Assembly: GCA_017613015.1 (NCBI GenBank)
Contig: JAGAEQ010000029.1
Span: 2,551-66,550, forward strand
Length of the DNA: 64,000 bases
Direction of reading: 5' to 3'
DNA from: Bacteroidales bacterium
Lineage (GTDB): Bacteria > Bacteroidota > Bacteroidia > Bacteroidales > WCHB1-69
Shown here in pieces: positions 38,368 through 49,197 of this stretch. The position numbers and the translations under genes were made by a program. The notes under the pieces are model-generated. The model worked only from the letters and a program-made list of their open reading frames with translations, searched no databases and was not told the origin of the DNA. How positions within the stretch are numbered: position 1 is the first letter of the stretch; each line of letters begins with the position of its first letter.

Positions 38368-38794
38368 ACGATGCTTTCTCGCACTGGCTTTGCTGCTGCT
38401 GTTCGTCTCCTGCAAGCAGCAAGTGGACAGGAAGGTGGTGAGCCGCTATGCCGACAACCGTCCCCGCATTGTCCAGGAATACGTGACCGTAGGAGAAAAA
38501 TCCGTGATGCACAAGGAAATCCATTATTTTCCCGGTGAAAAAAAATACATAGAAAAAACCTTTGACAACGAAGGAATTCCCGACGGAACCTGGGTTAGCT
38601 GGTACGAAAACGGTAACAAGAACAGCGAAGGGACCTACCGGAACGGCCAATGGCAGGGCACCTACAGGGTGTGGCATCCGAACGGACGGCTTTTCTACAT
38701 AGGGGAGTACGACCGGGGCAAGCGCACCGGCGTGTGGAAATTCTACGACAGCACCGGCCGCTTGCTGCGCACGGAGGAATGTGCTTATGAATAA
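38357..38794 (+). CDS. MORN-repeat-variant (YwqK-family) lipoprotein
   Basis: Lipobox LLLLFVSC. Repeats of G.W..WY.NG....G.Y.NG...G (DGTWVSWYENGNKNSEGTYRNGQWQGTYRVWHPNGRLFYIGEYDRGKRTGVWKFYD). Overlaps the upstream gene by 11 nt. Confidence 0.75.
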   Translation: MGTKRCFLALALLLLFVSCKQQVDRKVVSRYADNRPRIVQEYVTVGEKSVMHKEIHYFPGEKKYIEKTFDNEGIPDGTWVSWYENGNKNSEGTYRNGQWQGTYRVWHPNGRLFYIGEYDRGKRTGVWKFYDSTGRLLRTEECAYE

Positions 38795-38846
38795 AGAAGA
38801 CAGAAGTAAGAAATAAATATAAATCAAATAAATATCAATAATTATC

Positions 38847-39872
38847 ATGAAAGACATTGATTGGAAAAACTTATCCTTCGGTTACATGAAAACCGACTAC
38901 AACGTGAGGTGTTACTATCGTAACGGAAAATGGGGAGAACTGGAAGTGTCTTCTTCGGAAGAGATTCCCATCCACATGGCCGCCACCTGCCTGCACTACG
39001 GTCAGGAAGGTTTTGAAGGCCTGAAGGCTTTCCGTGGCAAAGACGGAAAAGTGCGTGTTTTCCGTATGGATGAGAACGCCAAACGCCTGGCTTCCACCAG
39101 CCACGGCATCATGATGGCCGAAATGCCGCTGGATCTGTTCCGCGCCGCTATCGAGAAGGTCGTCCGCCTGAACCAGGATTTCATTCCGCCTTACGGAACC
39201 GGAGCCTCCCTGTACATCCGTCCGCTGCTGATCGGCACGGGAGCCCAGGTGGGTGTGAAACCGGCCAACGAATACCTGTTTGTCGTTTTCGTGACCCCGG
39301 TCGGTCCATATTTCAAAGGCGGCTTCACGGCCAACCCCTATGTCATCACCCGCAAGTACGACCGTTCCGCTCCGCTGGGAACCGGTGTCTACAAAGTTGG
39401 CGGCAACTACGCGGCCAGCATGCGCGCCCACACGGAAGCCTGCCACGGCGGGGAATACGCCTGCGAATTCTATCTGGACGCCAAGGAGAAACACTTCATC
39501 GATGAAGCCGGTGCAGCTAACTTCTTCGGCATCAAGAACAACACCTACATCACGCCCCAGTCCACCAGCATTCTGCCCTCCATCACCAACAAATCCCTGA
39601 TGCAGCTGGCCGAACACTTAGGCATGAAGACCGAACGCCGTCCCATTCCGATTGAGGAACTGGAAACCTTCGAAGAGGCCGGTGCCTGCGGAACCGCCGC
39701 CGTCATCAGCCCCATCCAGCGCATTGACGATCCGGAGAACAACAAATCCTACGTCATTTCCAAGAACGGACAGCCCGGACCCTGGTGCAAGAAGCTCTAC
39801 ACCGCCTTGCAGCAGATCCAATACGGAGAAGCCGAAGACGTGTTCGGATGGTGCGACATCATCAATCTTTAA
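38847..39872 (+). CDS. ilvE: Branched-chain amino acid aminotransferase
   Basis: Class IV aminotransferase pattern (LHYGQEGFEGLKAFR, ASLYIRPLLIGTG, GNYAAS, ANFFGIK, GACGTAAVISPI). Confidence 0.9.
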   Translation: MKDIDWKNLSFGYMKTDYNVRCYYRNGKWGELEVSSSEEIPIHMAATCLHYGQEGFEGLKAFRGKDGKVRVFRMDENAKRLASTSHGIMMAEMPLDLFRAAIEKVVRLNQDFIPPYGTGASLYIRPLLIGTGAQVGVKPANEYLFVVFVTPVGPYFKGGFTANPYVITRKYDRSAPLGTGVYKVGGNYAASMRAHTEACHGGEYACEFYLDAKEKHFIDEAGAANFFGIKNNTYITPQSTSILPSITNKSLMQLAEHLGMKTERRPIPIEELETFEEAGACGTAAVISPIQRIDDPENNKSYVISKNGQPGPWCKKLYTALQQIQYGEAEDVFGWCDIINL

Positions 39873-39950
39873 CGGGAAACCAAGTGATCACGTATGGGTG
39901 AAGAGGGCGTCACAGCACGCTCTCTTCGCTTGTTACCTAAAACAAAAAAC

Positions 39951-41348
39951 ATGACAGCATACGATTTATTAGTGATAGGCAGCGGTCCCGGCGGCTATGT
40001 CGCGGCCATCAAGGCGGCGCAGGCCAGTATGAAAACCGCTGTGATAGAACGCGCTGAATTAGGCGGCATTTGCCTGAACTGGGGTTGCATCCCGACCAAG
40101 GCCCTCATGAAGTCGGCGCAGGTGTACCATTACATGAAGCATGCGGCGAACTATGGCGTGAAAACGGAAGGGGAGGTGACTCCCGATTTCCCCGCCATCG
40201 TGCAACGCAGCCGGGGCGTGGCGGAAACCATGAGCAAAGGCATTCAGTATCTGTTCAAAAAGAACAATGTGGACGTGATTGCCGGTAGCGGAAAACTCTG
40301 CGGAAAACACCAGGTGGAAGTGCTTGGAACCGACGGAGAACGTGCCATTTACGAAGCCACACATATCATTTTGGCCACCGGAGCCCGCTCCCGCGTGCTG
40401 CCCAACCTGCCGCAAGACGGCAGAAAAATCATCGGGTACCGCGAAGCCCTGACACTGCCGGAACTGCCGAAATCCATGGTGGTGGTCGGCAGCGGCGCCA
40501 TCGGCAGCGAACTTGCCTACTTCTACAATAGCTTGGGTGTGCAGACCACATTGATTGAGCTGCTTCCGCACATCTTGCCCGTGGAGGACGAGGAAATCGC
40601 CAAGCATGTGGACCGCGCTTTCCGCAAACAGGGCATGAAAATCATGACCGAAGCCAATGTGGAGCGTGTGGACGTGGAAGGCGACATCTGCCATGTCTTT
40701 GTGAAGGACAAAAAAGGCAAGGACGTGCAGGTGGACGCGGATGTGGTGCTTTCCGCCGTCGGCGTGCAGACCAATATCGAAAATCTTGGACTTGAAGAAC
40801 TTGGCATTCAAGTGGAAAGAGGCAAGGTGGTGGTGGACGACTACTACCGCACCAATGTGGAAGGCGTATACGCCATCGGTGACATTGTGCACGGACCGGC
40901 TTTGGCCCACGTGGCCTCCCAGGAAGCCCATGTCTGCGTGGAGAAAATCGCCGGACACAATCCGGAACCGGTGGACTACACCAACGTTCCAGGCTGCACC
41001 TACACCATGCCGGAAGTGGCTTCTGTCGGTTTGAACGAACAGAAGGCCTTGGAAGCCGGTTATGAAATCAGCATCGGGCGTTTCCCCTTCACTGCGTCCG
41101 GAAAAGCGACCGCCGCCGGTAACCGGGACGGTATGGTGAAAGTGATTTTCGACAACAAAACCGGCAAATTGCTGGGATGTCACATGGTAGGGGACAATGT
41201 GACAGAAATGATAACGGAAGCGGTGGTGGCACGCAAAGCCGGCATGACCGCACAACAGCTGATGAATGCCATTCATCCGCACCCGACCATGTCGGAAGCG
41301 GTGAAGGAGGCCGTTGAGGCGGCCTGCGGCGAAGCCGTGCATGTTTAA
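39951..41348 (+). CDS. lpdA: Dihydrolipoyl dehydrogenase
   Basis: ATG 39951 (MTAYDLLVIGSGPGGYVAAIKAA). Redox-active disulfide GGICLNWGCIPTK, second Rossmann VVVGSGAIGSELA, C-terminal HPHPTMSE. Confidence 0.92.
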   Translation: MTAYDLLVIGSGPGGYVAAIKAAQASMKTAVIERAELGGICLNWGCIPTKALMKSAQVYHYMKHAANYGVKTEGEVTPDFPAIVQRSRGVAETMSKGIQYLFKKNNVDVIAGSGKLCGKHQVEVLGTDGERAIYEATHIILATGARSRVLPNLPQDGRKIIGYREALTLPELPKSMVVVGSGAIGSELAYFYNSLGVQTTLIELLPHILPVEDEEIAKHVDRAFRKQGMKIMTEANVERVDVEGDICHVFVKDKKGKDVQVDADVVLSAVGVQTNIENLGLEELGIQVERGKVVVDDYYRTNVEGVYAIGDIVHGPALAHVASQEAHVCVEKIAGHNPEPVDYTNVPGCTYTMPEVASVGLNEQKALEAGYEISIGRFPFTASGKATAAGNRDGMVKVIFDNKTGKLLGCHMVGDNVTEMITEAVVARKAGMTAQQLMNAIHPHPTMSEAVKEAVEAACGEAVHV

Positions 41349-41354
41349 CCTCTT

Positions 41355-41379
41355 GCGGCGCCGGCAAAGCCGGCACCGC
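41355..41379 (+). terminator. GC-rich hairpin between lpd and fabD (no U-tract)
   Basis: GCGGCGCCGGC-AAA-GCCGGCACCGC forms an 11-bp stem with one C/A mismatch and a 3-nt loop. It is followed by TTCAAAACC, so it is at best a weak terminator or attenuator. Confidence 0.3.
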
Positions 41380-41399
41380 TTCAAAACCAAGACCCAATC

Positions 41400-42284
41400 A
41401 TGAAAAAAGCATACGTATTTCCCGGCCAGGGTGCCCAGTACGCAGGCATGGGGAAAAAAGGATACGAGGAGAACCCGCAAATCAAAGCCCTGTTTGAGCA
41501 GGCCAACGACATTTTAGGGTTCCGCATCACCGACATCATGTTTTCCGGCACCGATGAGGAGCTGAAGCAGACCAAGGTCACCCAACCCGCCATTTTTCTG
41601 CATTCGGTGTCCCTTGCCCTGTACGGCATCGCGGATTTCCATCCGGACATGGTGGCCGGACATTCCTTAGGTGAGTTTTCCGCCCTCGTCGCCAACCGCT
41701 GCCTTTCCTTCGAGGACGGGCTGCGCTTAGTGGCCCAGCGTGCCGACGCCATGCAGAAAGCCTGTGGCTTGCAGGAATCCACGATGGCAGTCGTGCTTGG
41801 GCTTCCAAACGACAAAGTGATGGAAATCTGCCAGTCTGTCACGGATGAGGTGGTGGTGCCCGCCAATTTCAACTGTCCGGGACAAGTCGCCCTTTCCGGC
41901 TCCCTGCGGGGCATAGAAAAGGTATCCGTCCTCATGAAGGAAGCCGGCGCCAAGCGGGTGCTGCCCTTGAAGGTCAGCGGAGCCTTCCATTCCCCCTTCA
42001 TGGAACCCGCCCGTATCGAACTGGCGGAGGCGGTGGACAAAACCACCTTTCACGCCCCCGTCTGCCCGATTTACCAAAACTGCACGGCAGCTCCGACCGC
42101 GGACACCGAAACCATCAAGCGCAACCTCAAGGCGCAGCTGACCGCGCCCGTCCGTTGGACGCAAAGCGTGGAGGCCATGGTGGCTGACGGCGCAACGGAG
42201 TTTGTGGAGCTCGGCCCCGGCAGCGTGTTGCAGGGACTGATCCGCAAAATCCATCCAGAAGCCGTTGTTTCGGGCATGGAGTAG
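41400..42284 (+). CDS. fabD: ACP S-malonyltransferase
   Basis: FPGQGAQYAGMG, active-site GHSLGEFSAL, SGAFHSPFM. Confidence 0.93.
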   Translation: MKKAYVFPGQGAQYAGMGKKGYEENPQIKALFEQANDILGFRITDIMFSGTDEELKQTKVTQPAIFLHSVSLALYGIADFHPDMVAGHSLGEFSALVANRCLSFEDGLRLVAQRADAMQKACGLQESTMAVVLGLPNDKVMEICQSVTDEVVVPANFNCPGQVALSGSLRGIEKVSVLMKEAGAKRVLPLKVSGAFHSPFMEPARIELAEAVDKTTFHAPVCPIYQNCTAAPTADTETIKRNLKAQLTAPVRWTQSVEAMVADGATEFVELGPGSVLQGLIRKIHPEAVVSGME

Positions 42285-42357
42285 GCATTTTCGCAAATCA
42301 AGAGCGAAACAAACGATTTTTCTGTCCTCAAAAGGGCGGACGTATTGTTTTCTTTTG

Positions 42358-42365
42358 TATTTTTG
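42358..42365 (+). promoter_or_regulatory. Bacteroidota -7 box (TATTTTTG) upstream of rfbD
   Basis: TAnnTTTG match 23 nt upstream of ATG 42388. It lies inside the longer ORF that opens at 42265. Confidence 0.45.
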
Positions 42366-42387
42366 CAAGCTTCAAGCATATGCAACC

Positions 42388-43257
42388 ATGCAAAAGAAAC
42401 GGATAGACATTTTAGGGGCTAACGGGCAATTGGGAAACGAATTGCGTTTGCTTTCAGCCCGTTATCCGGAATGTGAATTTGTATTCTCCGATGTGGCGGA
42501 TGTGGACATCACCGACCAGGCGCAATTGCACGCCCATTTGGAGAAAATCCGTCCGCAAGTGGTGGTGAACTGCGCCGCCTATACGGCCGTGGACAAAGCT
42601 GAAACCGAAGGCGCGGTCCTGGCAGAGGCGGTGAACCACAAGGCAGTCAGCCAATTGGCCGCTTTTACGCACGAATTTTCCTACCTGCTTATCCACATCT
42701 CCACAGACTATGTGTTTGACGGGACTTCCTGCAAACCCTATTTGGAAACCGACACCTGCCATCCGATTTCCGTCTACGGACGCACCAAGCGGGCGGGAGA
42801 GGAAGCGGTGCTGTCGGAAGCGAAGCGGGCCGTCATTCTACGCACGGCATGGCTGTACTCCGCTTTCGGGAACAATTTTGTGAAAACCATGCTGCGGCTT
42901 GGCAAGGAGCGTCCGGAGGTGAAGGTGGTGACCGACCAGATAGGATCGCCCACCTATGCCGCCGACCTGGCCGACGCAGTGATGCGCTGGGTGGAGCGGG
43001 AAGCACGCGTGCAAGACGTGCAACTGTACCATTTCACCAATGAAGGGGTGTGCAGCTGGTACGATTTCGCGCGAAGCATCATTGCCCGTGTTTCCTCCAA
43101 CTGCCGTGTGCTGCCCATTCCGTCGGAGGCATATCCCGCCCCGGCGCCCCGGCCGTTCTACAGCGTGTTGGACAAACGGAAAATCAAGCAGGTCCTGCAA
43201 ATGGAAATCCCTCATTGGGAGGACGCCCTGCAACGCTGCCTGACCAAACTGTTGTAA
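42388..43257 (+). CDS. rfbD: dTDP-4-dehydrorhamnose reductase
   Basis: ATG 42388 (MQKKRIDILGANGQLGNE), STDYVFDG, YGRTK catalytic Y-x3-K, and C-terminal RPFYSVLD. Confidence 0.88.
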   Translation: MQKKRIDILGANGQLGNELRLLSARYPECEFVFSDVADVDITDQAQLHAHLEKIRPQVVVNCAAYTAVDKAETEGAVLAEAVNHKAVSQLAAFTHEFSYLLIHISTDYVFDGTSCKPYLETDTCHPISVYGRTKRAGEEAVLSEAKRAVILRTAWLYSAFGNNFVKTMLRLGKERPEVKVVTDQIGSPTYAADLADAVMRWVEREARVQDVQLYHFTNEGVCSWYDFARSIIARVSSNCRVLPIPSEAYPAPAPRPFYSVLDKRKIKQVLQMEIPHWEDALQRCLTKLL

Positions 43258-44589
<1,332 letters not shown>

Positions 44590-44613
44590 GCAAGCATTTG
44601 ATTTTGAAAATGC

Positions 44614-44641
44614 AAAGGGTGCCTGCAGGCACCCTTTTTTT
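44614..44641 (+). terminator. Rho-independent terminator after eno
   Basis: GGGTGCC-TGCA-GGCACCC perfect 7-bp stem (extendable by A/T pairs), followed by T7 (44635-44641). Confidence 0.8.
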
Positions 44642-44736
44642 GTGCTTGCTTTTTCTGTCGAAAAAAAAAATCCGCCACCCATACCGCAATAAGCGGCGGA
44701 AAAAAGCGTTCTTGGAATAGCTGAAACAAATAGGAC

Positions 44737-46812
44737 ATGAGCAGTACGTATTCCCTTTGGTTTATTCCGTTGTGCCTGCTGGCGGGCATTGGCTATGCCA
44801 TGCTGCTGTACGGAAGCGGCAAGGGATACGCCTATCCGCCACGTGTACGGCGGCTGCTGTTCGCGCTGCGTGCTTTCGTCGTTTCCGCGCTCTGCTTTCT
44901 GCTGCTGCGCCCGGTGATGGAACGCAAGGTAAAGGAAGTGGAAAAACCTGTCATCGTGATTGGTATCGACAATTCCGAATCCGTCACCGAAAACAGGGAC
45001 TCCGTCTTTTACCGCACCACCTACACGGAAGAACTGCAAAAACTGATAAAGGATTTGTCCAAGGATTACCAGGTGGATCCTTATTTGTTCGGCAACGAGA
45101 CGCGTATGGGGGACCGGCCCGATTTTCGGGACAAGGAAACCGATTTGTCGCAGCTTTTCTCCATGGTGGAGCAGCAATACGCCCACCGCAACGTGGGGGC
45201 CGTGGTCTGCCTGAGCGACGGCATAGCCACCGGAGGCGGGGATCCGCTGTACACCGCCCGCCGCCTGCGTTTCCCTATCTACACCGTGGCCTTGGGCGAC
45301 ACTTCGGAGACCAAAGACGCGCTGATTGCCAACGTCCACTGCAACCGCAGCGTTTTCCGGGGCAACCGTTTCCCCTTGGAGATTTTGGTGCAGGCGCGGC
45401 AGCTGAAAGGGAAGCAGACCCGCTTGCAGGTGCTGGAAGGGGGAAAGGTCATTTTTGAAAAGGACATCCGTTTCACCGGGAGCAATTATTCGGAATGGGT
45501 GAGGCTGCACCGGGAGGCGGGCGCAGCCGGCATGCTGCACTACCGCATCCGGATTTCCGCCACAGAAGGCGAACGGACGGAAAGCAACAACACCGCCGAC
45601 GTGTGGGTGCAGGTGCTGGACGAGAGCCACCCCGTCGCCATTGTGTACCAGTCGCCGCATCCGGATGTGGCGGCCCTGAAGGAGGCCCTTCGCGACAATC
45701 CCATGTACACCGTGGAGTGTTTCCCCTTGGAGCAGTTCCATCCGGAAAACAAGCCTTACGAAGTGTGGGTGCTGCATCAGCTGCCCACCAATTCCAAGCC
45801 CATGCAGGCCTTGCTGGAGCAGGCAAGTCGCAGCGGGACCAGCCTGCTGTTCTTCACCGGCGACATGGCAGGGGATGTGCGCCTGCCCGTGGAAAGCGGC
45901 CTGCAAGTGCGCAAGGAGCGGCAGATGCAGAACGACGCCTATCCCGCCTTGAACCCCGATTTCGCCGACTTCAACATCCCGGAAATCTTTGCGCAGGCTT
46001 TGCCGCAGTATCCGCCCATACAGCTTCCCTTCGGCCAATATACCCTGGACGCGGCCACCAAAGTGTGTCTGTACCAGCGCATCAACAATATGACCACCCC
46101 GTACCCGCTGCTTTTCCTGCACGATGCAGGACAGGGGAAAAGCGCCACCGTGCTGGGGGAAGGATGGTGGCGGTGGCGGATGCACCACTACTTGAGCGAA
46201 GGCAGCCACGAAGCCTTCAACGCCTTTACCGCCCAGCTTTTCCAATACCTGACCACCAAAGAGGACAAACGTTTTTTCCGGGTCAAGGGGAAAAATCTTT
46301 TCTCTGAAAACGAGCGCATTCGCTTCGACGCGGAATGCTATACCAAAAACTACGAATTGGACAACCGCCCCGAAGTGGAGATGAGCGTCCGTTCGCTTTC
46401 CGGCTCCTACAGTCACCGCTACGTGTTTTCCCGCAGCATGCAGGCCTATCAGCTGGACCTCGGTACGCTTCCCGAAGGGGATTACCAATGGACGGCCTCC
46501 ACACGCATAGGGAACTCGCCCTACAGCCAAAGCGGGCATTTCAGCGTGCAGGCCTTGCGCAAAGAGACGCTGGAGCTTCGCGCGGACCATCAGCTGTTGC
46601 TGAACCTTGCGGAAATCAACGGAGCCAAAATGCTGTATCCGAAAGAAATAAGGAAAATTGCCAAAGAAATTCGCTCCCAGGATAAAATAAAAAGCGTGGC
46701 AAGATATACTAAAAAGAGCCAATCCTTGTTAGATAATGGTATCCTTGGGCTGTTCCTGCTGCTGCTTTTGGGAGGGGAGTGGGCGCTGCGCAAATGGAGT
46801 GGAAATTATTAG
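44737..46812 (+). CDS. Conserved membrane protein with VWA-like/BatA-like N-terminus, function unknown
   Basis: Two N-terminal TM helices, then VIVIGIDNSESV (VWA/MIDAS-like DxSxS), a long soluble region, and a C-terminal TM (GILGLFLLLLLGGEWALRKW). Confidence 0.7.
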   Translation: MSSTYSLWFIPLCLLAGIGYAMLLYGSGKGYAYPPRVRRLLFALRAFVVSALCFLLLRPVMERKVKEVEKPVIVIGIDNSESVTENRDSVFYRTTYTEELQKLIKDLSKDYQVDPYLFGNETRMGDRPDFRDKETDLSQLFSMVEQQYAHRNVGAVVCLSDGIATGGGDPLYTARRLRFPIYTVALGDTSETKDALIANVHCNRSVFRGNRFPLEILVQARQLKGKQTRLQVLEGGKVIFEKDIRFTGSNYSEWVRLHREAGAAGMLHYRIRISATEGERTESNNTADVWVQVLDESHPVAIVYQSPHPDVAALKEALRDNPMYTVECFPLEQFHPENKPYEVWVLHQLPTNSKPMQALLEQASRSGTSLLFFTGDMAGDVRLPVESGLQVRKERQMQNDAYPALNPDFADFNIPEIFAQALPQYPPIQLPFGQYTLDAATKVCLYQRINNMTTPYPLLFLHDAGQGKSATVLGEGWWRWRMHHYLSEGSHEAFNAFTAQLFQYLTTKEDKRFFRVKGKNLFSENERIRFDAECYTKNYELDNRPEVEMSVRSLSGSYSHRYVFSRSMQAYQLDLGTLPEGDYQWTASTRIGNSPYSQSGHFSVQALRKETLELRADHQLLLNLAEINGAKMLYPKEIRKIAKEIRSQDKIKSVARYTKKSQSLLDNGILGLFLLLLLGGEWALRKWSGNY

Positions 46813-46854
46813 AAAAAAACAGAACTTTTCAGAAAAAACAACGTACATTGCACT

Positions 46855-48279
46855 ATGGGCATAGCCATGAAAAATAGCAGAAAAACAGCACGAAAACATC
46901 TTTTGGCATGGGGAATGGCCGTCTGCCTGCTGGGAGGCGTGCCTTCCGCGGACGCCCAAGGGCCCTCCGGACGCAACGCCACCATGCGCACGTCTTACGT
47001 CGATTTGAGCGAAGCGGCGGAGCATACTGTCAATACCGTGGTGCATATCAACGCTTTAATGCGTCAGAAAAACAGCATGTGGGACAATTTCTTCTCGGAT
47101 CCCTTTTTCAATTTCTTCAACTACCAGTCGCAGCCGCAGGTGTACCAGGCCTACGGTTCCGGCGTGATCCTGTCCGGGGATGGCTACATCGTGACCAATA
47201 ACCACGTGGTGGCGGATGCCGAAAAAGTGACAGTCACCTTGAACAACAAGCGCAAATACGAGGCGGAAATCATAGGCACGGACGCCGCAACGGATCTGGC
47301 CCTGCTGAAAATCGACGCCACAAACTTGGATTACATCGAATACGGCAACTCCGACGAGCTGCGCCTGGGCGAATGGGTGCTGGCGGTGGGCAACCCCTAC
47401 AACCTGAATTCCACGGTCACGGCGGGGATTGTCAGTGCCAAAGCACGTAACCTTAATATTTTAGGAAAAGGAAGCAGCGTGGAGTCCTTCATTCAGACCG
47501 ATGCTGCGGTAAACAGCGGCAACAGCGGCGGCGCCTTGGTGGACGTCTCGGGGCGTCTGGTGGGCATCAACGCGGCTATAGCCTCCAACACAGGCTCTTA
47601 TGCGGGCTATTCTTTCGCCATTCCAGTGAACATTGTCCGCAAGGTGGTGCGCGACATCCGGGAATACGGCCGGGTGCAGCACGTGCAAATCGGGGCTTCG
47701 TTTGAGGAAGTCGGCGGAGAGAAGGCGGAAGAGCTCGGATGGAAGGAAATCAAGGGCTTGCAGGTCACTTGGATAGCCGAAAACGGTTCCTTGGCCGAAG
47801 CGGGCCTGCGCCAGGGCGACATACTGCTGCAAGTGGACGGCAGGGAAACCAATTCTGTCTCCGAACTACAAGAGCTACTGGATCAGAAACTTCCCGGCGA
47901 AAGCGTAAAACTGGAAGCCTTCCGGGAGAAAAAACGCTTCACCGCGACCGCCGTGCTTCAAAATCCCCGGGGAGGCACTGAAATTCTCGGCAAAGAGGAT
48001 TTCCGGGTGACGGACTGCTTAGGCGCGGAACTGCAACCCATGCCCGCCAAGGAAAAAGCCCGCTACCGCGTGCAGCAGGGCCTTACAGTCAAAAAGCTGG
48101 GGGACGGCCTACTGAAAAAAGCCGGCATACAGGAGGGCTACACCATCCTTTCGGTAGACCAAAAGCCTGTCGGCAGCGTGGCGGATTTGGAGAAAATATT
48201 GGAGAATAAGAGCGGAAACGTGCTGATTGAAGGGTTTTACCCCAACGGTTTCCTCTATTACTACACCATCACTTTGTAA
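46855..48279 (+). CDS. Do/HtrA-family periplasmic serine endopeptidase with PDZ domains
   Basis: Signal peptide. Catalytic His (TNNHVV), Asp (DLALLKI), Ser (TDAAVNSGNSGGALV). Two PDZ-like segments. Confidence 0.9.
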   Translation: MGIAMKNSRKTARKHLLAWGMAVCLLGGVPSADAQGPSGRNATMRTSYVDLSEAAEHTVNTVVHINALMRQKNSMWDNFFSDPFFNFFNYQSQPQVYQAYGSGVILSGDGYIVTNNHVVADAEKVTVTLNNKRKYEAEIIGTDAATDLALLKIDATNLDYIEYGNSDELRLGEWVLAVGNPYNLNSTVTAGIVSAKARNLNILGKGSSVESFIQTDAAVNSGNSGGALVDVSGRLVGINAAIASNTGSYAGYSFAIPVNIVRKVVRDIREYGRVQHVQIGASFEEVGGEKAEELGWKEIKGLQVTWIAENGSLAEAGLRQGDILLQVDGRETNSVSELQELLDQKLPGESVKLEAFREKKRFTATAVLQNPRGGTEILGKEDFRVTDCLGAELQPMPAKEKARYRVQQGLTVKKLGDGLLKKAGIQEGYTILSVDQKPVGSVADLEKILENKSGNVLIEGFYPNGFLYYYTITL

Positions 48280-48305
48280 CACGATAGCTAATTAAACATA
48301 TTGCA

Positions 48306-49166
48306 ATGAGGCAGTTAAAAATTTCACACTCTATCACCAACCGGGACAACAGCTCGTTTGAGAAGTATTTGCAGGACATCAGCCGGGAACAGATGATTGG
48401 TCCCGATGAAGAAGTGGAGCTGGCCCAACAGATCAAGGCAGGCAACAAGGAAGCGTTAGACAAACTGGTGCGCGCCAACCTGCGTTTTGTGGTTTCCGTC
48501 GCCAAGCAATACCAGAACCAGGGGTTAGGCTTGCAAGACCTGATCAACGAAGGCAATTTGGGACTTATCAAAGCCGCCAAGCGTTTCGACGAGACGCGCG
48601 GCTTCAAATTCATTTCGTATGCCGTGTGGTGGATACGCCAGTCCATTTCCCACGCCATCGCCGACCAGTCCCGCATTGTCCGTCTGCCCGTAAACCAATT
48701 GGGTGCCGTCAACCGCATCAAGAAGGAGATTTCCCGTCTGGAGCAGATCTATAACCGTCCGCCTACCATAGAGGAAATTTCGGAAGTCATTGACATGACG
48801 CCGGATAAGATAGGTGAAATCATCAAAATATCGGCGCGTCACCTTTCCATGGACGCTCCCATCAACAACGAGGACGACACCTGCTTTATCGACACCTTCA
48901 TCAGCAACGACGGAGGAGGCCACACCGACGCCCCGCTTTTGCAGGAATCCTTGGAGAAAGAGATCAACCGCTCTTTGGAGGTGCTGGAACCACGGGAGAA
49001 AGATTTGATTTGCATGTATTTCGGCATCGGCATGTCGCACGAGTACACCTTGGACGAAATCGGCGAGAAGTACAACATGACCCGGGAGGCCACGCGGCAA
49101 ATGAAGGAGAAAGCCTTGAAAAAGCTGCGCAAAACAGGCATCAAACGATTGAAACCTTATTTATAA
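48306..49166 (+). CDS. rpoD: Primary RNA polymerase sigma factor (Bacteroidota sigma-A, 286 aa)
   Basis: Region 2 [42 protein letters not shown]...[13 protein letters not shown], regions 3 and 4.2 ([27 protein letters not shown]). The short N-terminus is typical of the phylum. Confidence 0.93.
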   Translation: MRQLKISHSITNRDNSSFEKYLQDISREQMIGPDEEVELAQQIKAGNKEALDKLVRANLRFVVSVAKQYQNQGLGLQDLINEGNLGLIKAAKRFDETRGFKFISYAVWWIRQSISHAIADQSRIVRLPVNQLGAVNRIKKEISRLEQIYNRPPTIEEISEVIDMTPDKIGEIIKISARHLSMDAPINNEDDTCFIDTFISNDGGGHTDAPLLQESLEKEINRSLEVLEPREKDLICMYFGIGMSHEYTLDEIGEKYNMTREATRQMKEKALKKLRKTGIKRLKPYL

Positions 49167-49197
49167 ACTAATTTAACTAACCCTAAAACCCTTTTTT

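Noticed and set aside
38357-38794. The YwqK-family 'antitoxin' label on the MORN-repeat protein, suggesting a toxin-antitoxin or polymorphic-toxin immunity locus.
   Set aside because: No toxin-like partner is adjacent. The protein has a lipoprotein signal, and MORN-variant lipoproteins are common housekeeping-context proteins in Bacteroidota.
49167-49197. A possible SAM riboswitch upstream of metK, with similar thoughts for a lysine riboswitch before ddh and a leader before hisS.
   Set aside because: The spacers are only 31, 89 and 15 nt, which is too short for these aptamers. I saw no conserved riboswitch cores.
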